From Clostridia bacterium (GTDB lineage: Bacteria; Bacillota; Clostridia; RGIG6154): a stretch of DNA of 64,000 bases. The notes below the pieces were generated by a model. The model searched no databases and was not told the DNA's origin. It worked only from the letters and a program-made list of their open reading frames with translations. The stretch covers positions 32,001 through 96,000 of the forward strand of contig JAZNOU010000012.1 of NCBI GenBank assembly GCA_045589295.1. Reading direction: 5' to 3'. Position numbers and translations under genes: made by a program. This document shows, in pieces, positions 10,386-17,051 of this stretch; position 1 is the stretch's first letter, and each line of letters starts with the position of its first letter.

Positions 10386-10555
10386 TTTGTTTTTTCCTTT
10401 GTTGTAATTATAATTTCGGTGGAGTCGTCATCATCTTCTGTGTGTTGCTCTATCATTTTTTTATGTAAAGCATTAAGTATTTCTTCTGGTGTGTATCCAT
10501 CCAGATACATTTCTGGATAATATTCCGGGAATTTTTCGTATTTATCTTTTAACAT
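10382..10555 (-). CDS. 57-aa hypothetical protein (not in ORF track)
   Basis: RBS GAAAGGAG; MLKDKYEKFPEYYPEMYLDGYTPEEILNALH... Confidence 0.6.
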   Translation of the reverse strand: MLKDKYEKFPEYYPEMYLDGYTPEEILNALHKKMIEQHTEDDDDSTEIIITTKEKTK

Positions 10556-10582
10556 TGTAATTCTCCTTTCTTATGGATGTGT

Positions 10583-10698
10583 AGGTTTTTGTCGCTTGCG
10601 ACAAAAACCTTAAGAATTGAGTGCTTGCACTCAATTCTTTTAGAGTAGTTTGCGCGCGATAGCGCAATAATTTTGTTTCTTTTGTTAGCAAAAGAAAA
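10583..10698. other. Cluster of consecutive perfect/near-perfect hairpins (possible origin)
   Basis: 13-bp stems AGGTTTTTGTCGC-TT-GCGACAAAAACCT and AAGAATTGAGTGC-TT-GCACTCAATTCTT; TTGCGC-GCGATA-GCGCAA; TTTCTTTTG-TTAG-CAAAAGAAA. Confidence 0.75.
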
Positions 10699-10784
10699 TA
10701 CTATGCCCTAATTTTCTATTATATATGAAATTTGTTGTATATCTATTTTTTTACTTTGTCCAAAAAATTTTTGATTCATAGATG

Positions 10785-11165
10785 CTATGCACTCAAGCCA
10801 AATTCTACTATTTCTGGATATTTTTTTAAGAACCATTTCTTGATTGTTGGATAACGTAAGCCTTGTCTGTGGCATTTGGAAATAGTGCGTAATTCGTTGA
10901 ACTCCTTAATAGTTGCGAGTGCAGTTTTTTCTTCTTCGTGTCTTAAAATATAATCTTCCATATATTCATAAGTTAATCCTTTGTATGATTCTCTGCTTGT
11001 GTTATAATTTATCGAACGTTTTACAACTTTGTATTCCGGATAATCTCGACGGACTTCTTGTAAATGTGCATACTCGGTGCTGCTGGTATTTTCTGATTTT
11101 ATTGCGAAGGTTCTGTCCATCACAATTAATTTTTTTTCGTGGTTTACTTTTAATAAATTTTTCAT
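10785..11165 (-). CDS. Hypothetical protein, paralog of 11199-11600
   Basis: Shared KGLTxxYMxxYI and IKxWFLKKYP motifs. Confidence 0.75.
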   Translation of the reverse strand: MKNLLKVNHEKKLIVMDRTFAIKSENTSSTEYAHLQEVRRDYPEYKVVKRSINYNTSRESYKGLTYEYMEDYILRHEEEKTALATIKEFNELRTISKCHRQGLRYPTIKKWFLKKYPEIVEFGLSA

Positions 11166-11198
11166 AGTTATGATTCCTTTCTTTATATATTTTCTTTA

Positions 11199-11600
11199 TT
11201 AGGCACTTTTTAAAATCTTTTCTACTTTTCGTGTATATTCATTAAAAATCGGATATTTCTTCAAAAACCAAGCTTTGATTTCACCATAAGTTGCAGTTGC
11301 GGCAAGTTCAGTAATCTCCCATTCTTCGTTACGACCACAAAGAATGCAGAAGTCTTTCATAATCTCTTTTTCTTCGTTGTCATGGTTTTCAATGTATTTT
11401 TTCATATAGTCAATTGTTAAGCCTTTGAATGAATTATTTTTCTTTCCTGAATTTATTGCAACGACCTTGAAATTAGGGAAGTCGGCACGCGCCGCTTTTA
11501 ACATATTGTATTCGTCTGATCCAAAAATACTTGCTTTGTTTGAAAATGATTTTGCTACCTCAATTGTTCTGTTTTTTTCATTGATTTTGATATTGTTCAT
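11199..11600 (-). CDS. Hypothetical protein, paralog of 10785-11165
   Basis: KGLTIDYMKKYI, IKAWFLKKYP. Confidence 0.75.
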   Translation of the reverse strand: MNNIKINEKNRTIEVAKSFSNKASIFGSDEYNMLKAARADFPNFKVVAINSGKKNNSFKGLTIDYMKKYIENHDNEEKEIMKDFCILCGRNEEWEITELAATATYGEIKAWFLKKYPIFNEYTRKVEKILKSA

Positions 11601-11675
11601 AATTATTTACCTCATTTCTAAAATTTTTAAATTAAATTTGAAATTTTTCCTTTCTTTGTTAATAAATTTTTTGTT

Positions 11676-11912
11676 TTAATTATTATTTTCTTGTTGATTC
11701 ATGAATTCAATGTAATCGAATTTGATTTTCTTCTGCATAAGTAAGTATTCTGTTTTGCCTTGCGGCACATCGTTGATTACTTTATGCATTGCGGCAATCC
11801 ATTTGCATTTTTCAATATCTTCTTCTGTTGGATTGCTTAATGATATTTCCTCAATGTCATAAGACATTTTAAGGATTTTATCATAAAGACGTTGGTAATC
11901 TTTTAACTGCAT
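11676..11912 (-). CDS. Hypothetical protein
   Basis: 78-aa ORF coupled to upstream gene, RBS GAAAGGAGG. Confidence 0.6.
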   Translation of the reverse strand: MQLKDYQRLYDKILKMSYDIEEISLSNPTEEDIEKCKWIAAMHKVINDVPQGKTEYLLMQKKIKFDYIEFMNQQENNN

Positions 11913-12157
11913 ATTCTTATCCTCCTTTCTATTAAAAATATATTGTTTAAGGGAAGCGGCTTTACATCGGAAACTATCACTTCTTTATAGTCTGGGTATT
12001 TCTTTTTATACTGAAAATACATTTTGGTTGAATACATTCCCAGATCGTTGAGATTTTTGACTGTTTCTTCTGGTAATCGTAATTGCTTCTTTCTTAAATC
12101 GGCAGTTACCGGACAAACCAGAAATAATTGATTTGTTTCTTTTTTGTTGTTCTTCAT
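11903..12157 (-). CDS. Hypothetical protein, distant homolog of the N-terminal half of the two paralogs
   Basis: KKKYPDYKEVIV vs RRDYPEYKVV / RADFPNFKVV. Confidence 0.55.
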   Translation of the reverse strand: MKNNKKETNQLFLVCPVTADLRKKQLRLPEETVKNLNDLGMYSTKMYFQYKKKYPDYKEVIVSDVKPLPLNNIFLIERRIRICS

Positions 12158-12344
12158 TTTAATACCTGCTTTCTAGTATGTTTTTTATTAAGAGGGTTTT
12201 GCTTTCTTCCCCTCTCTGTGATTTTATTATAGCATTTTGACAAAAAGGATGTGTCGTTATAATGGTAATTTTTAAACAATTTTAAAAAAGTTTTTAGAAT
12301 ATTTTTTAAGGGAAGCGGCAAGTACATATTTGCCGAATAGAAAG

Positions 12345-12418
12345 AAGGTTTTAAAATGATGTTTAAAAGATGTTAAATTGATGTTTGCATCTGGAATAAA
12401 AGTTATTTAAAAGATGAA
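12345..12418. repeat. 11-bp-period AAGATGTT-like array, inverted relative to 16-78
   Basis: Units at 12345, 12356, 12367, 12378, 12400, 12411. Confidence 0.7.
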
Positions 12419-12440
12419 TGAATCTGTATAGAAATATGTT

Positions 12441-12470
12441 TTGACAGAAGATATAACTTTGTGTTATAAT
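12441..12470 (+). promoter_or_regulatory. Outward-facing sigma-A promoter at the island end
   Basis: TTGACA-N18-TATAAT with TG extension. Confidence 0.65.
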
Positions 12471-12588
12471 GTGGGTAATGAATCACACTATTGATGGTGA
12501 TAACTATAAATTATTAATTGAAAAAGACTGTAATATCAAGGGTTGAATGTTCCGGCTTCCTTTCATCAAGACCACGAAGTGGGCTTGA

Positions 12589-12684
12589 TATGTTGAAATG
12601 ATGGGTCTCATTGGCGCTGGTAACAACCCAATGGTTGGTATGACTGTTGCAGTTGCAGTTGCTGTAGAAGAGGCTTCAAAATAA
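12589..12684 (+). pseudogene. Displaced 3' fragment of a GGGtGRT-family gene (island junction)
   Basis: Translates YVEMMGLIGAGNNPMVGMTVAVAVAVEEASK*, matching the recalled GGGtGRT C-terminus (..PAHVEMMGLIGAGNNPMVG..); in-frame stop directly upstream. Confidence 0.85.
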
Positions 12685-12710
12685 TTTAAGAATTATATTA
12701 TGATGATTTT

Positions 12711-12752
12711 ACGGGGGAAAACCGCATCGACAAAGAAAGCGGTTTCCCCCGT
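12711..12752 (+). terminator. Rho-independent terminator of the GGGtGRT gene
   Basis: CGGGGGAAAACCGC...GCGGTTTCCCCCG followed by T-run. Confidence 0.7.
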
Positions 12753-12776
12753 ACTCTTTTTTTAAATAATTTTGTA

Positions 12777-12807
12777 AAAAAAAGGCTGTTTTTTAGACAG
12801 CCTTTTT
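12777..12807 (-). terminator. Terminator of the barnase-barstar operon
   Basis: AAAAAGGCTGT-TTTTAG-ACAGCCTTTTT. Confidence 0.7.
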
Positions 12808-12821
12808 GATTTAAATTAAAC

Positions 12822-13106
12822 TCACTTATATACAATTATAACTTGTTTATTTAAATCTTGATACCATTCAATAGTATCATCGAAGGTTTCCTTGATATAA
12901 GGAAATTCATATGCAGGAATTCTTGGTAGATTATTACTTCCAATAACCGTAATATGAGCAGGTGCTTCCATATGTCCTGTAAGCATATCCCAGATGGCAT
13001 CGGGATTTTCTCCGCACCATTCGGGAAAGTCAAGCCCCTTGATAATTCTTTGATAAAAGGCTGATAAATCTGTCACATTTGTAAAGTCGATAGTGTAATA
13101 ATTCAT
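12822..13106 (-). CDS. Barstar-family RNase inhibitor (immunity protein)
   Basis: LDFPEWCGENPDAIWDMLTG aligns to barstar [20 protein letters not shown]. Confidence 0.92.
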   Translation of the reverse strand: MNYYTIDFTNVTDLSAFYQRIIKGLDFPEWCGENPDAIWDMLTGHMEAPAHITVIGSNNLPRIPAYEFPYIKETFDDTIEWYQDLNKQVIIVYK

Positions 13107-13115
13107 ATTTCCCTC

Positions 13116-13646
13116 CTAAATGATTTCATAAAAAGTGTTATAATGGTCATAGGTTACAAATAAGAGTCCGTCATTTGAATACAAAAGTCTGTGAGTATTT
13201 CTGAACCCACCTATATAATTTATATCCGCTTCATACCACACTCTTCCTGGTTTTTCGGGAAGTTTGTGCTTTCTGTCTCGAAATATGTCTCCGCCCATTG
13301 TTGCCCACGGAAGAACCGATCTTAAATTTCCTTTACGCTTGTCCCAACCGTGTTTTTCCGCATATTTTTTATCCACATAGTTTTTCGGTAATTCTCCATA
13401 CATTTTCAGCGACATATCTGCTCCTGAAAGTCCGTTTATTGTAGCAGTACCGCTATATATAGCGCCAAGAGGTGCTAAAGTGCAGCGACAATTAGGGTGC
13501 AAAGGGGGAGTAAATAAATCGTAAACTGCAAAAATTCTTAAATTAAGTTTAAGACATCTTTCGCATGTGGTAGGTGAAATTTTTACATACCAACAGTTCC
13601 AATTTTCACTTTTGGTTATTGCAGGATTTAGATTGTTATCACCCAA
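13116..13646 (-). CDS. Barnase-family RNase toxin fused to a short MuF (phage head morphogenesis) C-terminal motif
   Basis: TCERC and PPLHPNCRC (MuF signature), then GGDIF..KLPEKPGRVWYEADINY..GFRN.HRLLYSNDG....DHY with barnase catalytic Glu/Arg/Arg/His; no signal peptide; TTG start with AAAGGA RBS. Confidence 0.9.
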   Translation of the reverse strand: MGDNNLNPAITKSENWNCWYVKISPTTCERCLKLNLRIFAVYDLFTPPLHPNCRCTLAPLGAIYSGTATINGLSGADMSLKMYGELPKNYVDKKYAEKHGWDKRKGNLRSVLPWATMGGDIFRDRKHKLPEKPGRVWYEADINYIGGFRNTHRLLYSNDGLLFVTYDHYNTFYEII

Positions 13647-13697
13647 AATAGTATCGTTCCTTTCTTTTTTAAAGTAAATAACGTTATTTTAGGTGTG

Positions 13698-13732
13698 ATT
13701 ATAACATATAGGTAATGTGACATTCAAGGACA
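13698..13732 (-). promoter_or_regulatory. Phage late-type promoter: 20-bp activator box plus extended -10
   Basis: Minus strand TGTCCTTGAATGTCACATTA-CCTATA-TG-T-TATAAT; box identical to 47818-47837. Confidence 0.85.
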
Positions 13733-13874
13733 AGATTTATTTTATACTAATTACAGGTTTGCGTCAAGTAAAGAAAAAAGATTTGCAAGGTTACATGAAT
13801 TGAGCTATAATGTGTGGCAAATGACACGCAGATGATGTGGACAATGTCGGAGCAAACAGGGCTTTGGCTATGAG

Positions 13875-13902
13875 AAATACCCACTCGCAAGAGTGGGTAT
13901 TT
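13875..13902 (-). terminator. Hairpin, probably the original terminator downstream of ssrA
   Basis: AAATACCCACTC-GCAA-GAGTGGGTATTT just outside the att repeat. Confidence 0.6.
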
Positions 13903-13928
13903 TGAATGCAGCGTAGTTTGCTGCGACG

Positions 13929-13940
13929 TGGTGGAGATGA
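13929..13940. repeat. att direct repeat (displaced tmRNA 3' end)
   Basis: TGGTGGAGATGA identical to 25747-25758. Confidence 0.85.
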
Positions 13941-14257
13941 AATGTACTTTCACAGTTTCACTAACAAAACCCGTAAAGCCTATGAAACTCTATGGTGTCG
14001 GACAATTTCTACATACCATTTCACAACAGATTTTGACATCTGTTTCATCCTTCTCTCGACCGCCATTTGGTGTGTGCAAATTTTTTGGATTTTCTGTTGG
14101 TGGAAACCATCGAACACAGAGAGTTTCAAAACTGCATTTTCTTCATCACGAAAGCCATCTCTCTTTTTGCGATGGCTTTGTTTTATTAGTAATGTATATT
14201 AAACCTTTTTAAGATTACACTTAACAAAATAACCTAAAGTAAATCAGTAAATTTGAC

Positions 14258-14301
14258 TTTACATCATGATTTAAATATGATATAATTATAATTAAATCAT
14301 G
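14258..14301 (+). promoter_or_regulatory. Promoter with inverted-repeat operator flanking the -10
   Basis: TTTACA-N17-TATAAT; CATGATTTAA (14265-14274) ... TTAAATCATG (14292-14301). Confidence 0.6.
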
Positions 14302-14325
14302 GAATAAATTAAAAGGAGGATATTT

Positions 14326-14517
14326 ATGAATAAAACTCCATCTCTTTGTGGTCGCCCATCTGGAAGAAAAAAGACTGCTAAAATTGAAGTTGTTATTGAA
14401 CCAGAAATAAAAGAAAAATTTATGAAAATTATTTCAAACGAAGGAAAGACAGCATCGGCTGAAATAGGATGTTGGATTAGAAAATATATCAAAGAAATGA
14501 ATACAGATAATATATGA
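14326..14517 (+). CDS. Small ribbon-helix-helix-like regulator upstream of the MTase
   Basis: KIEVVIEPEIKEKFMKII..EGKTASAEIGCWIRKYI; RBS AAGGAGG. Confidence 0.65.
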   Translation: MNKTPSLCGRPSGRKKTAKIEVVIEPEIKEKFMKIISNEGKTASAEIGCWIRKYIKEMNTDNI

Positions 14518-14558
14518 TATTTAAATTATGTATTTTGTGAAAGAAAAGGAGTTTAGAT

Positions 14559-16151
14559 ATGGATAAAAACCGTTTAACAGGTTCCTATTATACATCACAA
14601 AAGATTGCTCAGTATATGGTTAATTGGGCAATAAGAAGTGCAGATGATTTATTTCTGGAGCCTTCATTTGGCGATGGTGTTTTCATAGATGCTGCATTAA
14701 CTAGATATTCGAATTTGGGAAATAATTCACCGAGTATTATAGGCGTTGAATTGCAACCAACTATTTATTCAAAATATATGGATTTATCTGCTGATGGCAT
14801 TGAAGGATACTGCCAAGATTTTCTGACTTTTACTCCAAACTCAGAAATCACGGCGGCTGTTGGAAACCCTCCGTACGTAAGGCTAAGAAATCTCGATGAA
14901 AATTCTAAAACTATTGCAATAGATTGCACAGCAAAAAATAAAGTAAAGATGCTTACTAGTGGCAGTTTATGGATGCCTTTTACAATTCACAGCACTTCAA
15001 TGTTGGCAAATGGTGGTCGACTCGCTTTTGTTTTACCTTTTGAGCTTACCTATGTTAAATATGCACACTCATTGTGGAGTTTTCTAGGGGAGAACTATGG
15101 GGAACTGAAAATCATACGCATACATGAAGACTTCTTCCCTGATGTAGATGTTGAAACAATCATCTTGCTGGCAGATAATAAGGGTGGCAGTACTTCAACA
15201 ATTGATTTTTTAGTATATGAAAATGTTGATAATATGTTTGCTCAAAATACATCTTTGCAATCACAAATTAATATTTCAGATATAATACATGGTAAAAAAC
15301 CATTTGTATTGTCATTATTGAACACAGAACAACGTGCGATGCTAGAAAATATACGTAATAAGCAAATTGTTACGCCTCTTGTTGATGTTTGCAAATTTAA
15401 TATTGGTTATGTGTGCGCTGATAAGGAGTTTTTTCATCCAACTTCAGCAACACAAATAAGTTTTAATATTCCAAAGGACAATATGATTCCTTGCATTAGC
15501 AATGCTAAAGAAATTAATGGTGGCACAAATATTGGTGCAGTTGTGGAAACAGACAAATGCAAGAGCCGTCTATATTTGCCAAAAGAAATAACCAAATCAG
15601 ATAAAAAGTATATTAAACATGGCGTTGATAAAGGCGTTAATTTACGATACAAATGCCAGCAACGTAGTCCTTGGTATATAACCCCGAATGTTGAAATTCC
15701 AGAACTGATACTAACGGTATTTGGTGATGCCCCAAAATTAATTGCCAATAAGGGCAAATATGCAGTATCTAACAGTTTACTTGCTGGGCGCATTGTTTCT
15801 GAGATTACGGCTGAACAAATCATATGTATGTGGTATAATAGTCTTACTTTGTTATCCATTGAGTTGAATATTCATTCATTGGGCGGAGGTGTATTAGTAC
15901 TTATTCCTGGTGAGACGGACAAATTAGAAATAATAAATAAAATTCCTGATAAATATACCGAAAAAGTATTAAGGCAAATTGACGAATGTATTAAAACGCA
16001 AGGTGTTCAAGCTGCATATGAACTAGGGGATACATTAGTGCTTAAAAATATTCTTGGATTTTCAAATGAGCAAATTAATCAAATTAAAGATGCGGTTTCG
16101 TTGTTGCAATTTTGGAGAAAGCCTGAAATACGGCGTAATAAAAACAGGTGA
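14559..16151 (+). CDS. Type II N6-adenine DNA methyltransferase (gamma class, PaeR7I/XhoI-like size)
   Basis: GSYYT, LEPSFGDGVF (motif I), VGNPPYVR (motif IV). Confidence 0.92.
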   Translation: MDKNRLTGSYYTSQKIAQYMVNWAIRSADDLFLEPSFGDGVFIDAALTRYSNLGNNSPSIIGVELQPTIYSKYMDLSADGIEGYCQDFLTFTPNSEITAAVGNPPYVRLRNLDENSKTIAIDCTAKNKVKMLTSGSLWMPFTIHSTSMLANGGRLAFVLPFELTYVKYAHSLWSFLGENYGELKIIRIHEDFFPDVDVETIILLADNKGGSTSTIDFLVYENVDNMFAQNTSLQSQINISDIIHGKKPFVLSLLNTEQRAMLENIRNKQIVTPLVDVCKFNIGYVCADKEFFHPTSATQISFNIPKDNMIPCISNAKEINGGTNIGAVVETDKCKSRLYLPKEITKSDKKYIKHGVDKGVNLRYKCQQRSPWYITPNVEIPELILTVFGDAPKLIANKGKYAVSNSLLAGRIVSEITAEQIICMWYNSLTLLSIELNIHSLGGGVLVLIPGETDKLEIINKIPDKYTEKVLRQIDECIKTQGVQAAYELGDTLVLKNILGFSNEQINQIKDAVSLLQFWRKPEIRRNKNR

Positions 16152-16171
16152 GTTTACTCACCTGTTTTTAT
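16138..16171. terminator. Bidirectional terminator between MTase and REase
   Basis: ATAAAAACAGGTGAG-TTTA-CTCACCTGTTTTTAT. Confidence 0.8.
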
Positions 16172-16172
16172 A

Positions 16173-16901
16173 TTATCTTTTTTTAATTGGATTGAAAATA
16201 TTTCGATTATTATGGGTATCAATTAACTTATCAAAGAAATTTTGAATCTGCAGAATTTCTTTTGTTGGCAACAATACTGGTGGATTTTGTGTAAAATCAA
16301 CTTTTAAAAATGCAAAATGTTCATATTTATCGTGTGCATCTCTCCAATCAGAACGCCCAGTAATTTTCTCAAAAAGATTTTCTGCTTTATCAAGCTTTAC
16401 CTCTTCAGTTAAACCTGGCTTAATTGGTGCTGTAGGTAACAGGTACACATAACCGATGGTAGCCATTGGAAAACGGTCATGAAGAGAAATACATTCACCA
16501 ATTATACCTTCATAATAGTTTTCAAGATTTTTCGCAACCGAAGACATTTGACTGCGAACGCCTATAATGATTTGAGGACCATTCGCATAATGTGAAAGCA
16601 CAATATCAGCATCTTTATTCTTGTGAGAACCAAACAATGTAGCTTCTTGCATTATTTGAAGACCATTCGTTGCTATATTCACCCTTGGATAATGTGGTAT
16701 GTCCTTTGAGCGAACCATGTCACTTAAAGGGATGTATTGGATATTCACGCTTGGGTCAATAATGTTTTTTAACTGTTCTATGCAGTATTGATGTAATGGA
16801 AAGATAAAATTAGAGCCACGGACTGAAGCTACAGGGTCGTTTAAATAAATCTCCTTCATATTTGTCAAACAATTTATAAGTTCTGTCATGTTAGCGGGCA
16901 T
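16173..16901 (-). CDS. Putative type II restriction endonuclease (PD-(D/E)xK fold, PaeR7I/XhoI-like)
   Basis: Convergent with MTase; KDADIV...IGVRSQMSSVAKNLENYYE..IGE. Confidence 0.7.
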   Translation of the reverse strand: MPANMTELINCLTNMKEIYLNDPVASVRGSNFIFPLHQYCIEQLKNIIDPSVNIQYIPLSDMVRSKDIPHYPRVNIATNGLQIMQEATLFGSHKNKDADIVLSHYANGPQIIIGVRSQMSSVAKNLENYYEGIIGECISLHDRFPMATIGYVYLLPTAPIKPGLTEEVKLDKAENLFEKITGRSDWRDAHDKYEHFAFLKVDFTQNPPVLLPTKEILQIQNFFDKLIDTHNNRNIFNPIKKR

Positions 16902-17051
16902 AATAACACCATCCTTTTTTATTAATTATACCACACATTTACAATTTTTTCTACATTTTGTTGAAATATATATGCTAACACGCTGTTACTAATATAGACA
17001 ATTCTATAAATGAGGATGATATTTACAAAAAATGTTTGACCTATTTGTACA

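Larger units (their letters stand above)
1..12590. mobile_element. Right part of a genomic island integrated in the 3' end of a GGGtGRT-family gene (left end outside window)
   Basis: Accessory content (WYL, resolvase, HTHs, hypotheticals) ends abruptly at an orphan 3' gene fragment at 12589-12684. Confidence 0.7.

Noticed and set aside
13906-14212. Overlapping + strand ORFs (98 and 94 aa) at the island left end
   Set aside because: They start at or span the att repeat (MVEM is the antisense reading of the tmRNA 3' end), have no RBS or recognisable motif, and are probably spurious
14559-16901. Assigning CTCGAG specificity to the R-M system
   Set aside because: Resemblance to PaeR7I/XhoI is only by size and loose motif; specificity cannot be read from this sequence
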